Below are positions 19,001 through 27,740 of a stretch of 64,000 nt of DNA, piece by piece. The stretch is from NCBI GenBank assembly GCA_964503265.1, contig CAZCYO010000001.1, forward strand, positions 290,064-354,063. The letters are read 5' to 3'. The notes below the pieces were generated by a model. The model ran no database searches, was not told the origin of the DNA, and was given only the letters and a program-made list of their open reading frames with translations. The DNA comes from an uncultured Gammaproteobacteria bacterium. Its GTDB lineage: Bacteria > Patescibacteriota > Microgenomatia > Levybacterales > UBA12049. Positions within the stretch are counted from its first letter, which is position 1. Every line of letters begins with the position of its first letter. The position numbers were made by a program, and so were the translations under genes.

Positions 19001-20685
19001 TTTTTAACTTTACTATTTGCTTCCTCAAGAGTTGTCGAATCGATAATGGCAGTTTTATATCCAGCTTTAAACAGTCTCATACCTAAATCTGCATCTTCAG
19101 TCACATTAAACGGATCCCAGCCTTGAAGTGTTAATAAATCTTTGGTTCTAAAATGATTACTTGTTCCACCAAGTGGGATTGTCGTCTGGAGAGATTGAAG
19201 ACCTGTTAACGTCACGTCAAACCACAGTGAATATTCAGCAGTAAAGAATCGAGTTAACAAATTTTGATTTGGATTAAAGTAATTTAATTTAGCTTGTAGA
19301 CATAACACATCGTTTGGCGCTGATTGGAATGCTAGGTATGCTTTTTTAAGCTGCAGTGGATCTGGAATATCTTCAGCATCATAAATGACGAGGTATTCAC
19401 CAGTTGCGAGTGATAATCCATAATTACATGCTTTCGGTTTGGTCTTAGGGAAAGAATGTGGTACGACGACGACTTTTACGTATGCAGGAAGAGACATTTT
19501 CTTAACAGCTGCGATTGACCCTGTATCGTCTTCCTCTAAAAGAAGCATCACTTCGAGCTTATCTTTCGGCCAATCAAGCAGACTAATTGATTGTAAAAAT
19601 TGTGGAATAATATGTGACTCTTTATAGAGTGGACAAAGAATAGTATAGACAGGAAGTCGTCGTTCATTTAATGCAGCGAGTGCTAGTTGAGAAACGGTTA
19701 TTTCCTGAGGAAACTGGAGACTTTTTAGTACGATAAAAAGATTGAATAGTACGTCAGTAAAGTAGAGTGTACTCAAAAATGCGATAAGAACACCAAGTGT
19801 TACAAATGGGAAGAACGCGAGACCTGCAATAAGAGCCGCGAGTATCGAGAAAATGAAGAGCTTTTGTCGAAGTTCAAAGGTAATAATCGCTGATTTATGA
19901 TAGGGAAGTGTCGTATGTGTAATATATTTCGTTTTCTTATATCCAAGTCCTGCATTACGCATAGAAAGTGAATCAGCTGATGCTAAATGTTGTGGCTTGA
20001 TGCGTTTTGTGCGAAGAGAAAGTGCATTGAGACCTATCTCAAAGATAGATTTAAAATTAACATTAGATGTACCATTTTCACGTTCATGAAATGTAATGTC
20101 ATGATTTTCAATTCGAAACCCTGATTGTGCAGCACGGTGTAAAAATTCTAAATCAAACGTCCATCCAGTTTTAGGGAGAACTGAAATTGTATCAATTACT
20201 TCTTTTGTAAATACTTTTAGTCCTGATTGGATATCCACATGGAGGTTGAAGAGAAAACGACCAAAGATCTTTCTAAACCCAGTTGTTTTAATTTTTCTGG
20301 TGAATCCTGCTTTATATTCTTTTCGGTTTGCGACGATAATATCAGCTGAATCAAGCTTATCTACCATAGCGATGATTTCCTCTGGAGGATACTGGAGATC
20401 TGCATCTATCATCACGATTGCATCACCTTTGGCATAAGAAAATCCTTCAACAAGTGAGAAGGCTTTGCCTTTTTTGCCTAATTTTCTTTCTACGCGTACA
20501 TTAGATAGGGATAACTCTTGAATGTATTCATACGTTCCATCCGGAGATGTGTCATCCACACAGATAATCTCATAAGAATATTTAGAATTACGAAAAGTAG
20601 CAGAAATACGAGACAGAAGTTCTTTGATATTCTTTTTCTCATTATAGACTGGAATGATGATGCTTACGAGTTGTTTTTTATACAT
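16009..20685 (-). CDS. 1558-aa multidomain glycan-assembly mega-protein: GT2 (Dpm1/polyprenyl-phosphate-sugar-synthase-like) + GT2 (processive, QxxRW) + MOP/Wzx-like polytopic transporter region + GT4
   Basis: Four regions by amino-acid position. aa 5-230: IIPVYNEKKNI, CVDDTSPDGT, DADLQYP. aa 340-600: ILCPLYKE, YDAEDIPD, QRSRW. aa 740-1190: about 12 TM helices, flippase-like. aa 1195-1558: PSMAEGWGITVIEANAAGTPVIAS, a GT4 domain. Roughly nt 20673-19996, 19668-18888, 18468-17118 and 17103-16009. Confidence 0.75.
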   Translation of the reverse strand: MYKKQLVSIIIPVYNEKKNIKELLSRISATFRNSKYSYEIICVDDTSPDGTYEYIQELSLSNVRVERKLGKKGKAFSLVEGFSYAKGDAIVMIDADLQYPPEEIIAMVDKLDSADIIVANRKEYKAGFTRKIKTTGFRKIFGRFLFNLHVDIQSGLKVFTKEVIDTISVLPKTGWTFDLEFLHRAAQSGFRIENHDITFHERENGTSNVNFKSIFEIGLNALSLRTKRIKPQHLASADSLSMRNAGLGYKKTKYITHTTLPYHKSAIITFELRQKLFIFSILAALIAGLAFFPFVTLGVLIAFLSTLYFTDVLFNLFIVLKSLQFPQEITVSQLALAALNERRLPVYTILCPLYKESHIIPQFLQSISLLDWPKDKLEVMLLLEEDDTGSIAAVKKMSLPAYVKVVVVPHSFPKTKPKACNYGLSLATGEYLVIYDAEDIPDPLQLKKAYLAFQSAPNDVLCLQAKLNYFNPNQNLLTRFFTAEYSLWFDVTLTGLQSLQTTIPLGGTSNHFRTKDLLTLQGWDPFNVTEDADLGMRLFKAGYKTAIIDSTTLEEANSKVKNWIRQRSRWIKGYMQTYLVHNREIIKDIKNQKIHNLFFHLTIGGKIAFILINPLLWLATISYFTLYAIVGPTIESLYPSYIFYMAAFSLIVGNFLFLYYYMIGCIKRGHYELVKYVFFIPLYWLLISVAGLMALQQLIFKPHYWEKTVHGLHLKKADTEEEVVEEVETPFVPAKPSRIAELFGRIKIAYVSGGALIAAAVFSNILNFIFNAYLGRVIDIQYFAEVSLVGSFLYIVNIPVSALSSTVKYRSGFLAGKYGISAAFSFWKEFRQKTLIAGLVTAGLWSASSIFLSNYFHTSSILPFLLFAPYIIASFITAVDTGYLSGKLLFSALAIVTISEPILKLAIAIAAVTFNLSQYAYIAIPFSTVGSFFIAWIYVKRNQETKKHTATKREISYISRRFFTASAISGLSTMSFLSLDIILANHFLTKTDAGIYSLLALAGKMIYFLGNLATQFVTPLVSRHEGANTNPKKTFQLILLGTILLAFAGFLFFGVLAPFTLPFLLGSKSQAIIPFILFYAFAMFCFTISRVYTSYYLVKKVYMFSALGFLLTLLQFGLVYINHSSVFSLVFAMYVVGGLNLFIAILLHLNIDFVRNIERAIADFFGLFIRTSTIQPESGKTHILIFNWRDTHHKWSGGAETYIQELAKRWVKNDVAVTLFCGNDGHSSRTQTVDGVEVIRRGGAYLVYLWAFLYYVLKFRGKYDVIIDCENGIPFFTPLYTSKKTFLLVHHVHQEVFREHLMFPLSTIARFLEGTVMPFVYRNQSVITVSESSKSALTKLGITKASDIQVVHNGINHATFTRKKKTKNPTITYIGRLKPYKNIDVAIKAFQKIHAKFPESTFSIIGEGESKKKLMKLTKKLGLTTAITFYGKVTEKNKATLLATSWVVVQPSMAEGWGITVIEANAAGTPVIASNVSGLKDSVIHNETGILVKVRDISELEVALTKVIKNKAYRNQLSENAYFWSQNFNWGTSADMFYRLIIDKTITNSTGAISLASK

Positions 20686-20889
20686 TATTATAAACTTATA
20701 GTGTTATTCTATAGGGATTATGTATATCATAAATTAGTCTTATAGTCAAGTGTTTTATGTAAGAAAATAAAGAAGGTTTCTGATAAAAATAATGGGAATT
20801 ATGAACTTTTACAGAGGGAAATAGAGGAAAATTGCTAATTATTCCTTTTCAGAGAGCCATTTATTAGCTGGCGCTAAATAGGTATAGTG

Positions 20890-20963
20890 TGACCCCAATG
20901 GGATTCGAACCCATGATTTCCGGGATGAAAGCCCGGCGTCCAAGGCCGCTAGACGATGGGGCC
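20890..20963 (-). tRNA. tRNA-Glu (anticodon UUC)
   Basis: Reverse complement GGCCCCATCGTCTAGCGGCCTTGGACGCCGGGCTTTCATCCCGGAAATCATGGGTTCGAATCCCATTGGGGTCA. Cloverleaf folds with anticodon loop CTTTCAT and a GGTTCGAATCC T-arm. Confidence 0.85.
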
Positions 20964-21012
20964 ATGGTAGCTAATGGCAGGTAGCTTATGGCGTATGATT
21001 GCCTTGATTATT

Positions 21013-21048
21013 AAAAAATCAGACCATCCCCGAGAGAATAGTCTGATT
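21013..21048 (-). terminator. Rho-independent terminator candidate downstream of 21084..21746
   Basis: The minus strand reads AATCAGACTATTCTCTCGGGGATGGTCTGATTTTTTAA, with stem ATCAGAC/GTCTGAT followed by a U-tract. Confidence 0.5.
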
Positions 21049-21083
21049 AATTATAGCTGAAAAGCGTACTTTTCACAAATTAC

Positions 21084-21746
21084 TTATTTAAGACGCTTTC
21101 TAAGATACTCTAGAACGAGTCGCGCACTCTCCTGTCCACCCAGTCCAAACGCAATTCCGCCAGCCAGTGCGATCATCGCGACGAAGCCAGTAAAGAGAAT
21201 TCGGACGAGATCTTGTGCTACACCAAGTTGATTAAGAATAGCCAGTAACACAAAAATAATAATTGCCCATCTCGCACTTGAAGCAATAGCACGGGACACT
21301 TCTGGTGATATTTCACGAGTCGATGCGAGCACCACATCATAGACGAGTTTCGCAAATACGAGTCCGACGACAGCCATAATCGCAGCGACGAATACATTTG
21401 GAAGATAGAGAAGGAATGTATTAAGAAGTGCTGTGATTTGTGGGAGTTTCCAAATATCTGCTGCAGTCATCAGAAATACGAGAATAATAAACCACCGTAC
21501 AATTTCAGCGATCAAATTCGCCCAGGTGAAGTCTTTCTTCGCTTCTGGAACACCATACTTTTTAAGATATGCTTCTATTCTGAGTACCCGGAAAAGTTCC
21601 TGAATAAGTTTCTTTGCGATCGATCCAAGTATGACTCCGATTAAAACAACCACTATGCCAGTAATGATATTTGGGAGGAATTCAAATGTCGCAATGTAGC
21701 TTCGATTAAGTGAATTAAATAAAGAATCTCCAATAGTAGTGTACAT
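21084..21746 (-). CDS. Small polytopic membrane protein, MscS-like TM-helix repeat family (function uncertain)
   Basis: 220 aa with repeated hydrophobic helices and a basic C-terminus. No catalytic motif recognised. Confidence 0.35.
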   Translation of the reverse strand: MYTTIGDSLFNSLNRSYIATFEFLPNIITGIVVVLIGVILGSIAKKLIQELFRVLRIEAYLKKYGVPEAKKDFTWANLIAEIVRWFIILVFLMTAADIWKLPQITALLNTFLLYLPNVFVAAIMAVVGLVFAKLVYDVVLASTREISPEVSRAIASSARWAIIIFVLLAILNQLGVAQDLVRILFTGFVAMIALAGGIAFGLGGQESARLVLEYLRKRLK

Positions 21747-21903
21747 AAAAATTCAACTCCTTTCCTAGATTAGTTATCTATAAATCTACCGTCATTGTAA
21801 TCCGAAATCATATGTGTGTAAATGAGGAAATAGCCCAAGCTTGTCAAAGCAATCCCAAGCTTGATATAATCAAATCTACGAAATTGTTGTCATGCAACTT
21901 TTC

Positions 21904-21975
21904 GGGCCGGTAGCTCAGTGGTAGAGCAGGAGCCTTTTAAGCTCTTGGTCGCGGGTTCGACCCCCGCCCGGCTCA
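21904..21975 (+). tRNA. tRNA-Lys (anticodon UUU)
   Basis: GGGCCGGTAGCTCAGTGGTAGAGCAGGAGCCTTTTAAGCTCTTGGTCGCGGGTTCGACCCCCGCCCGGCTCA. Anticodon loop CTTTTAA with a canonical D and T arm. Confidence 0.85.
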
Positions 21976-22282
21976 CACTGTAAAACTTTTAATAATAGTC
22001 CTATAATATTGACTTTTAGCCTCTTTTTTGTTATACTTCTCTTCTACATTTGAAGCCTGGATAGGCTCTCGTCCTGAGTTAACGGAAGGACATTTTTCTG
22101 CCTATTCCTAGCCTCATTTGTACTCGTCCCGCGAAGCTTTTTGCGAAGTGGGATTCATTTGCTCTTTCATAAATTTGTGTTTCTAATGCCAAGAAGATTA
22201 GGTATAAGAGAAGATAATTTCTATCTTTTGTTATTCCTAATCTTCGCGTGGCTGACGCTGGGATGTTCCTGGCATTAGCTAC

Positions 22283-22999
22283 ATGGCAAGCGAAGAAATG
22301 TTGAGGAGGTATCCCGTGAACATCGATCAGCAGGCTGTAGAGTCTTTCGTTCGCTTCGTCAACGACCAGAACCTGGTCATACGTGTTCCTGATCTGACAA
22401 CGAACAAACTGGAGGGTGAGCTCGAAACGTTTATCTTCGGCGTATCTAAGCCGACAGGTGAAACATTCCAAATCGACTTTCAGCTGAAGACAGGCAGGGT
22501 TAGCCCTAGTGCCCGTCTCCAGTGGGTCAATGTCGTTCTCTCAGGGTCAGTCACTCGGACTAGTTCTGTGAGCGGCTATCATGGACGTCTGACGTTTCAG
22601 GACTTGCCAGCTGGCGAGTACCGCATGTCGCTCTCTGTAGACTTCAGCCGCAAGGCTGTTGGTCGCTATGAGATCGACGTGGAAGGCGTCAATGCCGAAA
22701 CCACTGCACATGGGATCTATGCCATGCAGAAGTCCATGCTCCATCAGGGATCTCGGATCATACTTGACGTAGTCTCGGCGAATAGCCGAAGCTGCAAGGT
22801 CGTGATCAAAGGCTACCATATGGAGAACCCCGGACTTCACGTCCGCGCTTTGTTGCTGCTCAGGGGTAAAGACCCCATCATTCAGGCTACTCAGAAGGTC
22901 CACCGCGACCAAGCCATTTTCCAACGTCTGCCGAAAGGCAACTACCGGTTCGAGTTCTTCGTACCGAATGCCGATGAAACACAAGAAGGAGTAATCTAA
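22283..22999 (+). CDS. Hypothetical protein, GC-rich, two PEGA/Ig-like repeats
   Basis: 238 aa, about 50% GC against a background of about 35%. Repeated LPAGEYRMSL and LPKGNYRFEF beta-sandwich-like motifs. Antisense ORFs here are treated as GC artefacts. Confidence 0.4.
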   Translation: MASEEMLRRYPVNIDQQAVESFVRFVNDQNLVIRVPDLTTNKLEGELETFIFGVSKPTGETFQIDFQLKTGRVSPSARLQWVNVVLSGSVTRTSSVSGYHGRLTFQDLPAGEYRMSLSVDFSRKAVGRYEIDVEGVNAETTAHGIYAMQKSMLHQGSRIILDVVSANSRSCKVVIKGYHMENPGLHVRALLLLRGKDPIIQATQKVHRDQAIFQRLPKGNYRFEFFVPNADETQEGVI

Positions 23000-23194
23000 C
23001 CAACACCGCAACGGTGCTGTTCTACGCATGTATCAATTCCAGACTTAGAGTCTGGCGGAGAGCATTGCTCAGAATCGCTTCAAACCTGAGCGGTGTTTTT
23101 CGTTTAAAAACGAATTGTCTCAGAAGAAAATTCTTTATTATCATCTCATTTGCATTGAGTTCCATTCTTTTATCATTATTAGTATACTTACTCT

Positions 23195-23893
23195 ATGGAA
23201 AGTGACGGTCGTCGATTACATGCTCTTGCAGCTAAGGCCAGGGAAAAAGGGGAGTTCATAGAGTCACTTCAGTATAGTGATCAGGCACTTCTCGCGTATG
23301 ATAACGATGGTGACGCTCTCGGATTTGCTGAGGGGATTTCCTGTCGATGTATTACTCTTCGGGTATATGCAAATCTTCATGGAAGCACTCGACTTCTTTT
23401 ACTTGCGAAACAGGAAATGATAGGTTCTGTCGAGATTTCTCGTGAGAATAGTGATCGATCCAGCCTATCACTTCCTCTTTTTAACCTCGCGCAAATCCAT
23501 GAAGATCTTTTAGCATTTGATGAAGCGATAGCGACGTATAAAGAAGCAATTTCGATGATGGAACTATATCCATCAGAAAGACATCATCGACCATCAGTTC
23601 TAGCAAATATGAAAGTTCATATGACTATTTGTGACTATAAGGCAGGAAATAAAAACGCATTAGAAGACGCTCTGACTGCTATTTCAGAACTTGAAAAAGC
23701 TGAAGAACCAGATGCGTATAGTAAACATGTGTGGGTGAGTGGGGGATATATGCGCTTAGCAGATGCACTGAGAACTGATCATCCAAGTGAGGCGAAGAAA
23801 TATTTAGATATGGCGAAAAGTATTATTGATGCGAATCCAGAGTTGATCGTTCGAAAGAAACAGTTCGAAAAACTCTCAGCGAAATTTGTGTAA
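23195..23893 (+). CDS. Hypothetical helical (TPR-like) protein
   Basis: 232 aa, all-alpha, no recognised catalytic motif. Confidence 0.35.
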   Translation: MESDGRRLHALAAKAREKGEFIESLQYSDQALLAYDNDGDALGFAEGISCRCITLRVYANLHGSTRLLLLAKQEMIGSVEISRENSDRSSLSLPLFNLAQIHEDLLAFDEAIATYKEAISMMELYPSERHHRPSVLANMKVHMTICDYKAGNKNALEDALTAISELEKAEEPDAYSKHVWVSGGYMRLADALRTDHPSEAKKYLDMAKSIIDANPELIVRKKQFEKLSAKFV

Positions 23894-24036
23894 CTTCTAT
23901 TTCCTCTGTAACTAGTTTTCATTTATATAACAGATCTTTTCTGTAGGAAAAATGGGGAAGAGTGATTGAGTGGGGCTGGTTGTTACACCAGCCCCACAGT
24001 TTCAGTGTTGTGTGGAGTGAGGCCACACGTGTTGAA

Positions 24037-24528
24037 TCAGTCATCAGCGTACTGGAAAAAGCTTTCCTTGACACGGTATCCCGTCCGGCTCGCTAGAGTG
24101 CGAGCTTCTTCAAAAGACCGGGTCTCGGCCATGACTTTATCCATGCCTACAAGGATATAATTGCCATCGGAAGTTTTTTCGGCCTTCCGGCTGTCAAGAT
24201 ATGCCTGGTAAACACTGTTAGCTCGCGCAACCAAAACGGGATTTACCGCAGTGTAGGTTGCGCGTACTTTCTCAGGGGTATCTGGATAAGGGAACCCGAA
24301 AACCACTGGGAAGTTCTTGATGTCTGCAGCTTTTTGCGCCTTCTGCCTGGCAGCGTGGCGTCGGTTCATTATGACTAGCCAGAGGAAAATTCCTCCAACC
24401 ACCAGTATGAACAGTGCAAGTGCTGCAATTCCCTGGTTCGACATGTTAACGTTCCTTTCCGGTAAACCGGATATCCGCGTGATGCGGAAATGGGAAACCT
24501 CTCGGTGCAACCGAAAGGGACGAGACAT
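24037..24528 (-). CDS. Hypothetical membrane-anchored protein (GC-rich)
   Basis: One TM segment IAALALFILVVGGIFLWLVI. Likely start at the internal M (MSNQG...). About 50% GC. Confidence 0.35.
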   Translation of the reverse strand: MSRPFRLHREVSHFRITRISGLPERNVNMSNQGIAALALFILVVGGIFLWLVIMNRRHAARQKAQKAADIKNFPVVFGFPYPDTPEKVRATYTAVNPVLVARANSVYQAYLDSRKAEKTSDGNYILVGMDKVMAETRSFEEARTLASRTGYRVKESFFQYADD

Positions 24529-24634
24529 CTCGTCTACTGTGCAGATCTCACTCTCTGCAAAGTGAGGCTATTATAGTGAAAAATAAATACAGAGTCAAAC
24601 TATGGGATTCTGGATATCTCAAAACGATACATTT

Positions 24635-25315
24635 TTACTGAAGAGCTATTGAAAAGACCTTATATCCATCTTCAAAAAATACTTTTACACAGTCTCCTAT
24701 CTTAAATGTATTGCTATTTGCTAATCCTTCAAACCAGAATGAGGGGATGAGCAGCCCCTGGCCGTTTGGATCTACACTGAAATTAATGTGCCAGGACACA
24801 GAATTTTTATCTGAAAGTTTGCCATATACCTGTTTTAGGTTCCCACTGGACTTAGAGACTGATGGAGGAGGCAAATAGACTGTAGAACCCACGACGAGCT
24901 GTCCTATGCCATTTAACTGGGTAATTTCATTTACTCGAGTCGCATCTTGTAATTCACGAGTTGCGATGCTCTGAAAGGAATCATTTTCTTTAATAATATA
25001 AGGAGTTAAATATTCCCATTTTTGTGCAAACCCAGCTTTTTTACAAAACGCAGTACTAGTAGGAGTGATGTTAGTCGGTGCAGAAGGGAGGATGTTTTCG
25101 ACACTTTCAGTTGGAGTCGCAGCTATCTCACTAGTACTTCCGAGTACTGTATTTTTTTCGACTGGGAGCTGAGCTACTTGGGTATTTCGTCCATAGCTAA
25201 ATCCTACTACAGCCGAGATAACTGTCGTGAATACCCAAAAAATACCGACGAGTATTTTCATATTTAAAGAATCGTTCGTGGCAAGCGGCGAAGGAGTGGC
25301 AGTATTTATTTCCAT
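24635..25315 (-). CDS. Membrane-anchored LysM domain protein
   Basis: 226 aa. TM near the N-terminus. LysM-like YIIKENDSFQSIATREL...VNEITQLNGI...VVGSTVYLP. Confidence 0.5.
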   Translation of the reverse strand: MEINTATPSPLATNDSLNMKILVGIFWVFTTVISAVVGFSYGRNTQVAQLPVEKNTVLGSTSEIAATPTESVENILPSAPTNITPTSTAFCKKAGFAQKWEYLTPYIIKENDSFQSIATRELQDATRVNEITQLNGIGQLVVGSTVYLPPPSVSKSSGNLKQVYGKLSDKNSVSWHINFSVDPNGQGLLIPSFWFEGLANSNTFKIGDCVKVFFEDGYKVFSIALQ

Positions 25316-25408
25316 ACCTTAGTATTTATAATACGGGAAAATTTGTCAATTAACTACAGTTTTCTGCATAAAAATACGCACTAAATCGATATCAGCTATA
25401 ATACACAC

Positions 25409-26464
25409 ATGAACTTTATAGCATTTACCGTTAAAGGACTTGAAAAACTAGCTGCAGAAGAGGTCAGAGAAGTCATTTATGACGCACAGATTATCGAAAT
25501 TCAGGATAAACGTGTCGTTTTTTCTTCATCTACCACCTATGAAAAAATGGCACTGCTTCGTACTGTTGATGACATAGGAATTCTAACAGTGAAACAAAAA
25601 ATTTCGACACTCGATGATGTGCTTTCTGTTTTAAAAGAAATTGATTTTTATGCAGTTCAGAAAAACTTCGAGGGATTTCGAAAAATTTCTGTTGGCACAT
25701 TCTCTGTCACAGTCAGTATGGCGAATGTAAAAGCGATTACTGCTAGTGATCTTGAAGAAAGTACTATTAGTCTGATTTCTCAAAAATATGGCTGGAAAAC
25801 GATTGAAAAAGATCATACGAATTTCGATATCAGACTTTTTATCGATACAGATACACTTTACGTTTCAGTTCGTCTAGGAACACAAAGTCTTCATCACCGA
25901 TCATACAAAGTAGAAAGTCAGGAAGGATCTCTTCGTCCGACAGTCGCAGCAGCTATGGTTAGACTCGCGACGAAAGATGAGTCAAATCTTAAAATTGTCG
26001 ATACGTTTTGTGGCAGTGGAACGATTCTTTGTGAAGCACTGCTCATGGGGAACGACATTTATGGAGGAGATATCGATCCAGATGCAGTCGGCATTACGAA
26101 TCTCAATCTAAAACAAATCGCTCCTGTGTCACTCGAACATATCAGAATTCAAAGCGCGACGAACACGAAATGGCCAAATAATTTTTTCGACGTTGCTGTT
26201 TCTAACCTTCCATGGGATAAACAAATCGCCGTAAACAGTATCACCGATCTCTACATCGGAGCCTTAGCAGAATATAAAAGAATCATGAAAGAGAACAGTA
26301 CTATCTGTGTCCTCGTGACCAAACCTGAATTATTCATTAAACACGCCAAATCAATTTTTCCAAGAGCGCACATAGATTCCCTAAAAATCAGCTTCACCGG
26401 CCAAAGCCCTACCATCATCATAGTAACGAATACCGGCTATAACGATAGCTACGACCTTCTCTAA
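25409..26464 (+). CDS. THUMP-domain RNA methyltransferase (Trm14/RlmL-like, class I SAM MTase)
   Basis: 351 aa. VDTFCGSGTIL (SAM motif I) and SNLPWDKQ, a (D/N/S)PP(Y/F/W)-type motif IV. N-terminal THUMP-like region. Confidence 0.6.
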   Translation: MNFIAFTVKGLEKLAAEEVREVIYDAQIIEIQDKRVVFSSSTTYEKMALLRTVDDIGILTVKQKISTLDDVLSVLKEIDFYAVQKNFEGFRKISVGTFSVTVSMANVKAITASDLEESTISLISQKYGWKTIEKDHTNFDIRLFIDTDTLYVSVRLGTQSLHHRSYKVESQEGSLRPTVAAAMVRLATKDESNLKIVDTFCGSGTILCEALLMGNDIYGGDIDPDAVGITNLNLKQIAPVSLEHIRIQSATNTKWPNNFFDVAVSNLPWDKQIAVNSITDLYIGALAEYKRIMKENSTICVLVTKPELFIKHAKSIFPRAHIDSLKISFTGQSPTIIIVTNTGYNDSYDLL

Positions 26465-26685
26465 CGGTTTCCCCATCAAATAAAACCTATAGTCTTTTTT
26501 ATTTGTGTTAATTTTGTTATAATCCCACTAGATTGTGAATCTAATAAATCATTTGCGATTTATTACTATTCACTTTTCATTTTTATTCGCACATTTACTT
26601 GATAATGTCAGTGACATCTATGTGTCTCTTTACAGAGATAGATAGGTGTCACTGATTGATTGATTCCTCGAGAAAGGAGACGTCC

Positions 26686-27738
26686 GTGGAGTATGGTGCC
26701 GTACGTGAAATGCAGTGGGACTGCCAGGTATGTGGCCACAAGGGAATTCTAGGGAGGCATGAGCAGTGTTCTCAGTGCGGTGCATCACAGCCCGCCAATG
26801 TACACTTCTATCCGATCGAGAATGCTCCCGAAGTCACTGATAGCTCTCTCATAAAGGAGGCCAATGCTGGGGCAGACAAGGTTTGCCCCTACTGTGGAGG
26901 TTCTTACGATGGACTACATTCCAGTTGTCCTCTCTGTGGAGCCTCGCTAACAGAAGCTGTAGATGTCAACTCACAGCCGTCCAAGACTAGGCGAGCGGAG
27001 GCTACTCAAACTGGCTCGGAATACGCAAACTACACTCCACAACGAGAAATCCCGTGGGGAATTGTTGGGATTGTAGTTGGATCTCTGATGGCTCTGATCT
27101 TGGTTGTCTTTCTTATCTCCCAAGCAGTGCGGACAGACGATTATCCAGCTAATGTAAGCGGCTTCTCATGGTCCCAATCCGTCCAGACAGAGTACCTCGT
27201 TACTCATACTGGCTCGGCTTGGGAAGGAGAAGTTCCTGCTGGAGTCCGCATAATCTCGTCATCACGTCAACTCTACGCTCAACCAACCAAGGTTGTAGGT
27301 TCTCAGAAGAAGGCGAGTGGCTCAGAACCAAATCCGAACGGGAAGCCCTATGTTTGTGGGATAGCAACCAAAAACAATGGCTTCAGCGCGGATAAGCTCT
27401 GCCAACCTACTCAGATAGCCTACATTAACGTTCCTGTAACAGCTCTGGCAGACCCTATCTATAAGCTCAAGTATCAGTACGAATATGATACTTGGGACGC
27501 GGGAAGGACAGTCTCTGAGTCTCATGCTGGCCGGGAAACGTTCTGGCCTATTGTTACGTTCGCGTATAACGAACGAGAGCGAAGCAGGTCAGGGACCTAT
27601 ACTGTTCAATTCCACTTGAAGAAAGGAGGAGACAAACAGTGGTCAACTAACTCACAAGCCGAATGGGAGAAGTATCAGAATGGCCAACAGGTCACTCTGG
27701 TGATCAACAAGTTCGGCGCAGTCGTCGGAATCAAGTAA
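26686..27738 (+). CDS. Zinc-ribbon membrane protein (hypothetical), GC-rich; GTG start
   Basis: Two CxxC...CxxC pairs (CQVCGHKG..CSQCG and CPYCGG..CPLCG), one TM (IVGIVVGSLMALILVVFLI), and a C-terminal extracytoplasmic domain. AAAGGAG sits 6 nt before GTG 26686. The track ORF begins at 26656. Confidence 0.45.
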   Translation: MEYGAVREMQWDCQVCGHKGILGRHEQCSQCGASQPANVHFYPIENAPEVTDSSLIKEANAGADKVCPYCGGSYDGLHSSCPLCGASLTEAVDVNSQPSKTRRAEATQTGSEYANYTPQREIPWGIVGIVVGSLMALILVVFLISQAVRTDDYPANVSGFSWSQSVQTEYLVTHTGSAWEGEVPAGVRIISSSRQLYAQPTKVVGSQKKASGSEPNPNGKPYVCGIATKNNGFSADKLCQPTQIAYINVPVTALADPIYKLKYQYEYDTWDAGRTVSESHAGRETFWPIVTFAYNERERSRSGTYTVQFHLKKGGDKQWSTNSQAEWEKYQNGQQVTLVINKFGAVVGIK

Positions 27739-27740
27739 GT

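Noticed and set aside
16009-20685. Possibility that the 1558-aa mega-protein is an assembly or frameshift artefact joining separate glycosyltransferase genes
   Set aside because: The frame is continuous with no stop over 4.7 kb and domain boundaries are joined by TM linkers. It is kept as one gene but flagged for verification.
22079-23029. Antisense or overlapping ORFs 22079-22471(-) and 22547-23029(-) inside the GC-rich region
   Set aside because: High-GC DNA yields long spurious ORFs. The 238-aa plus-strand ORF shows repeated domain-like structure and is the better model.
23966-24160. 64-aa plus-strand ORF starting inside the hairpin GGGGCTGGT...ACCAGCCCC
   Set aside because: It overlaps the convergent minus-strand gene 24037-24528. 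The perfect hairpin at 23970-23995 is more likely a bidirectional terminator.
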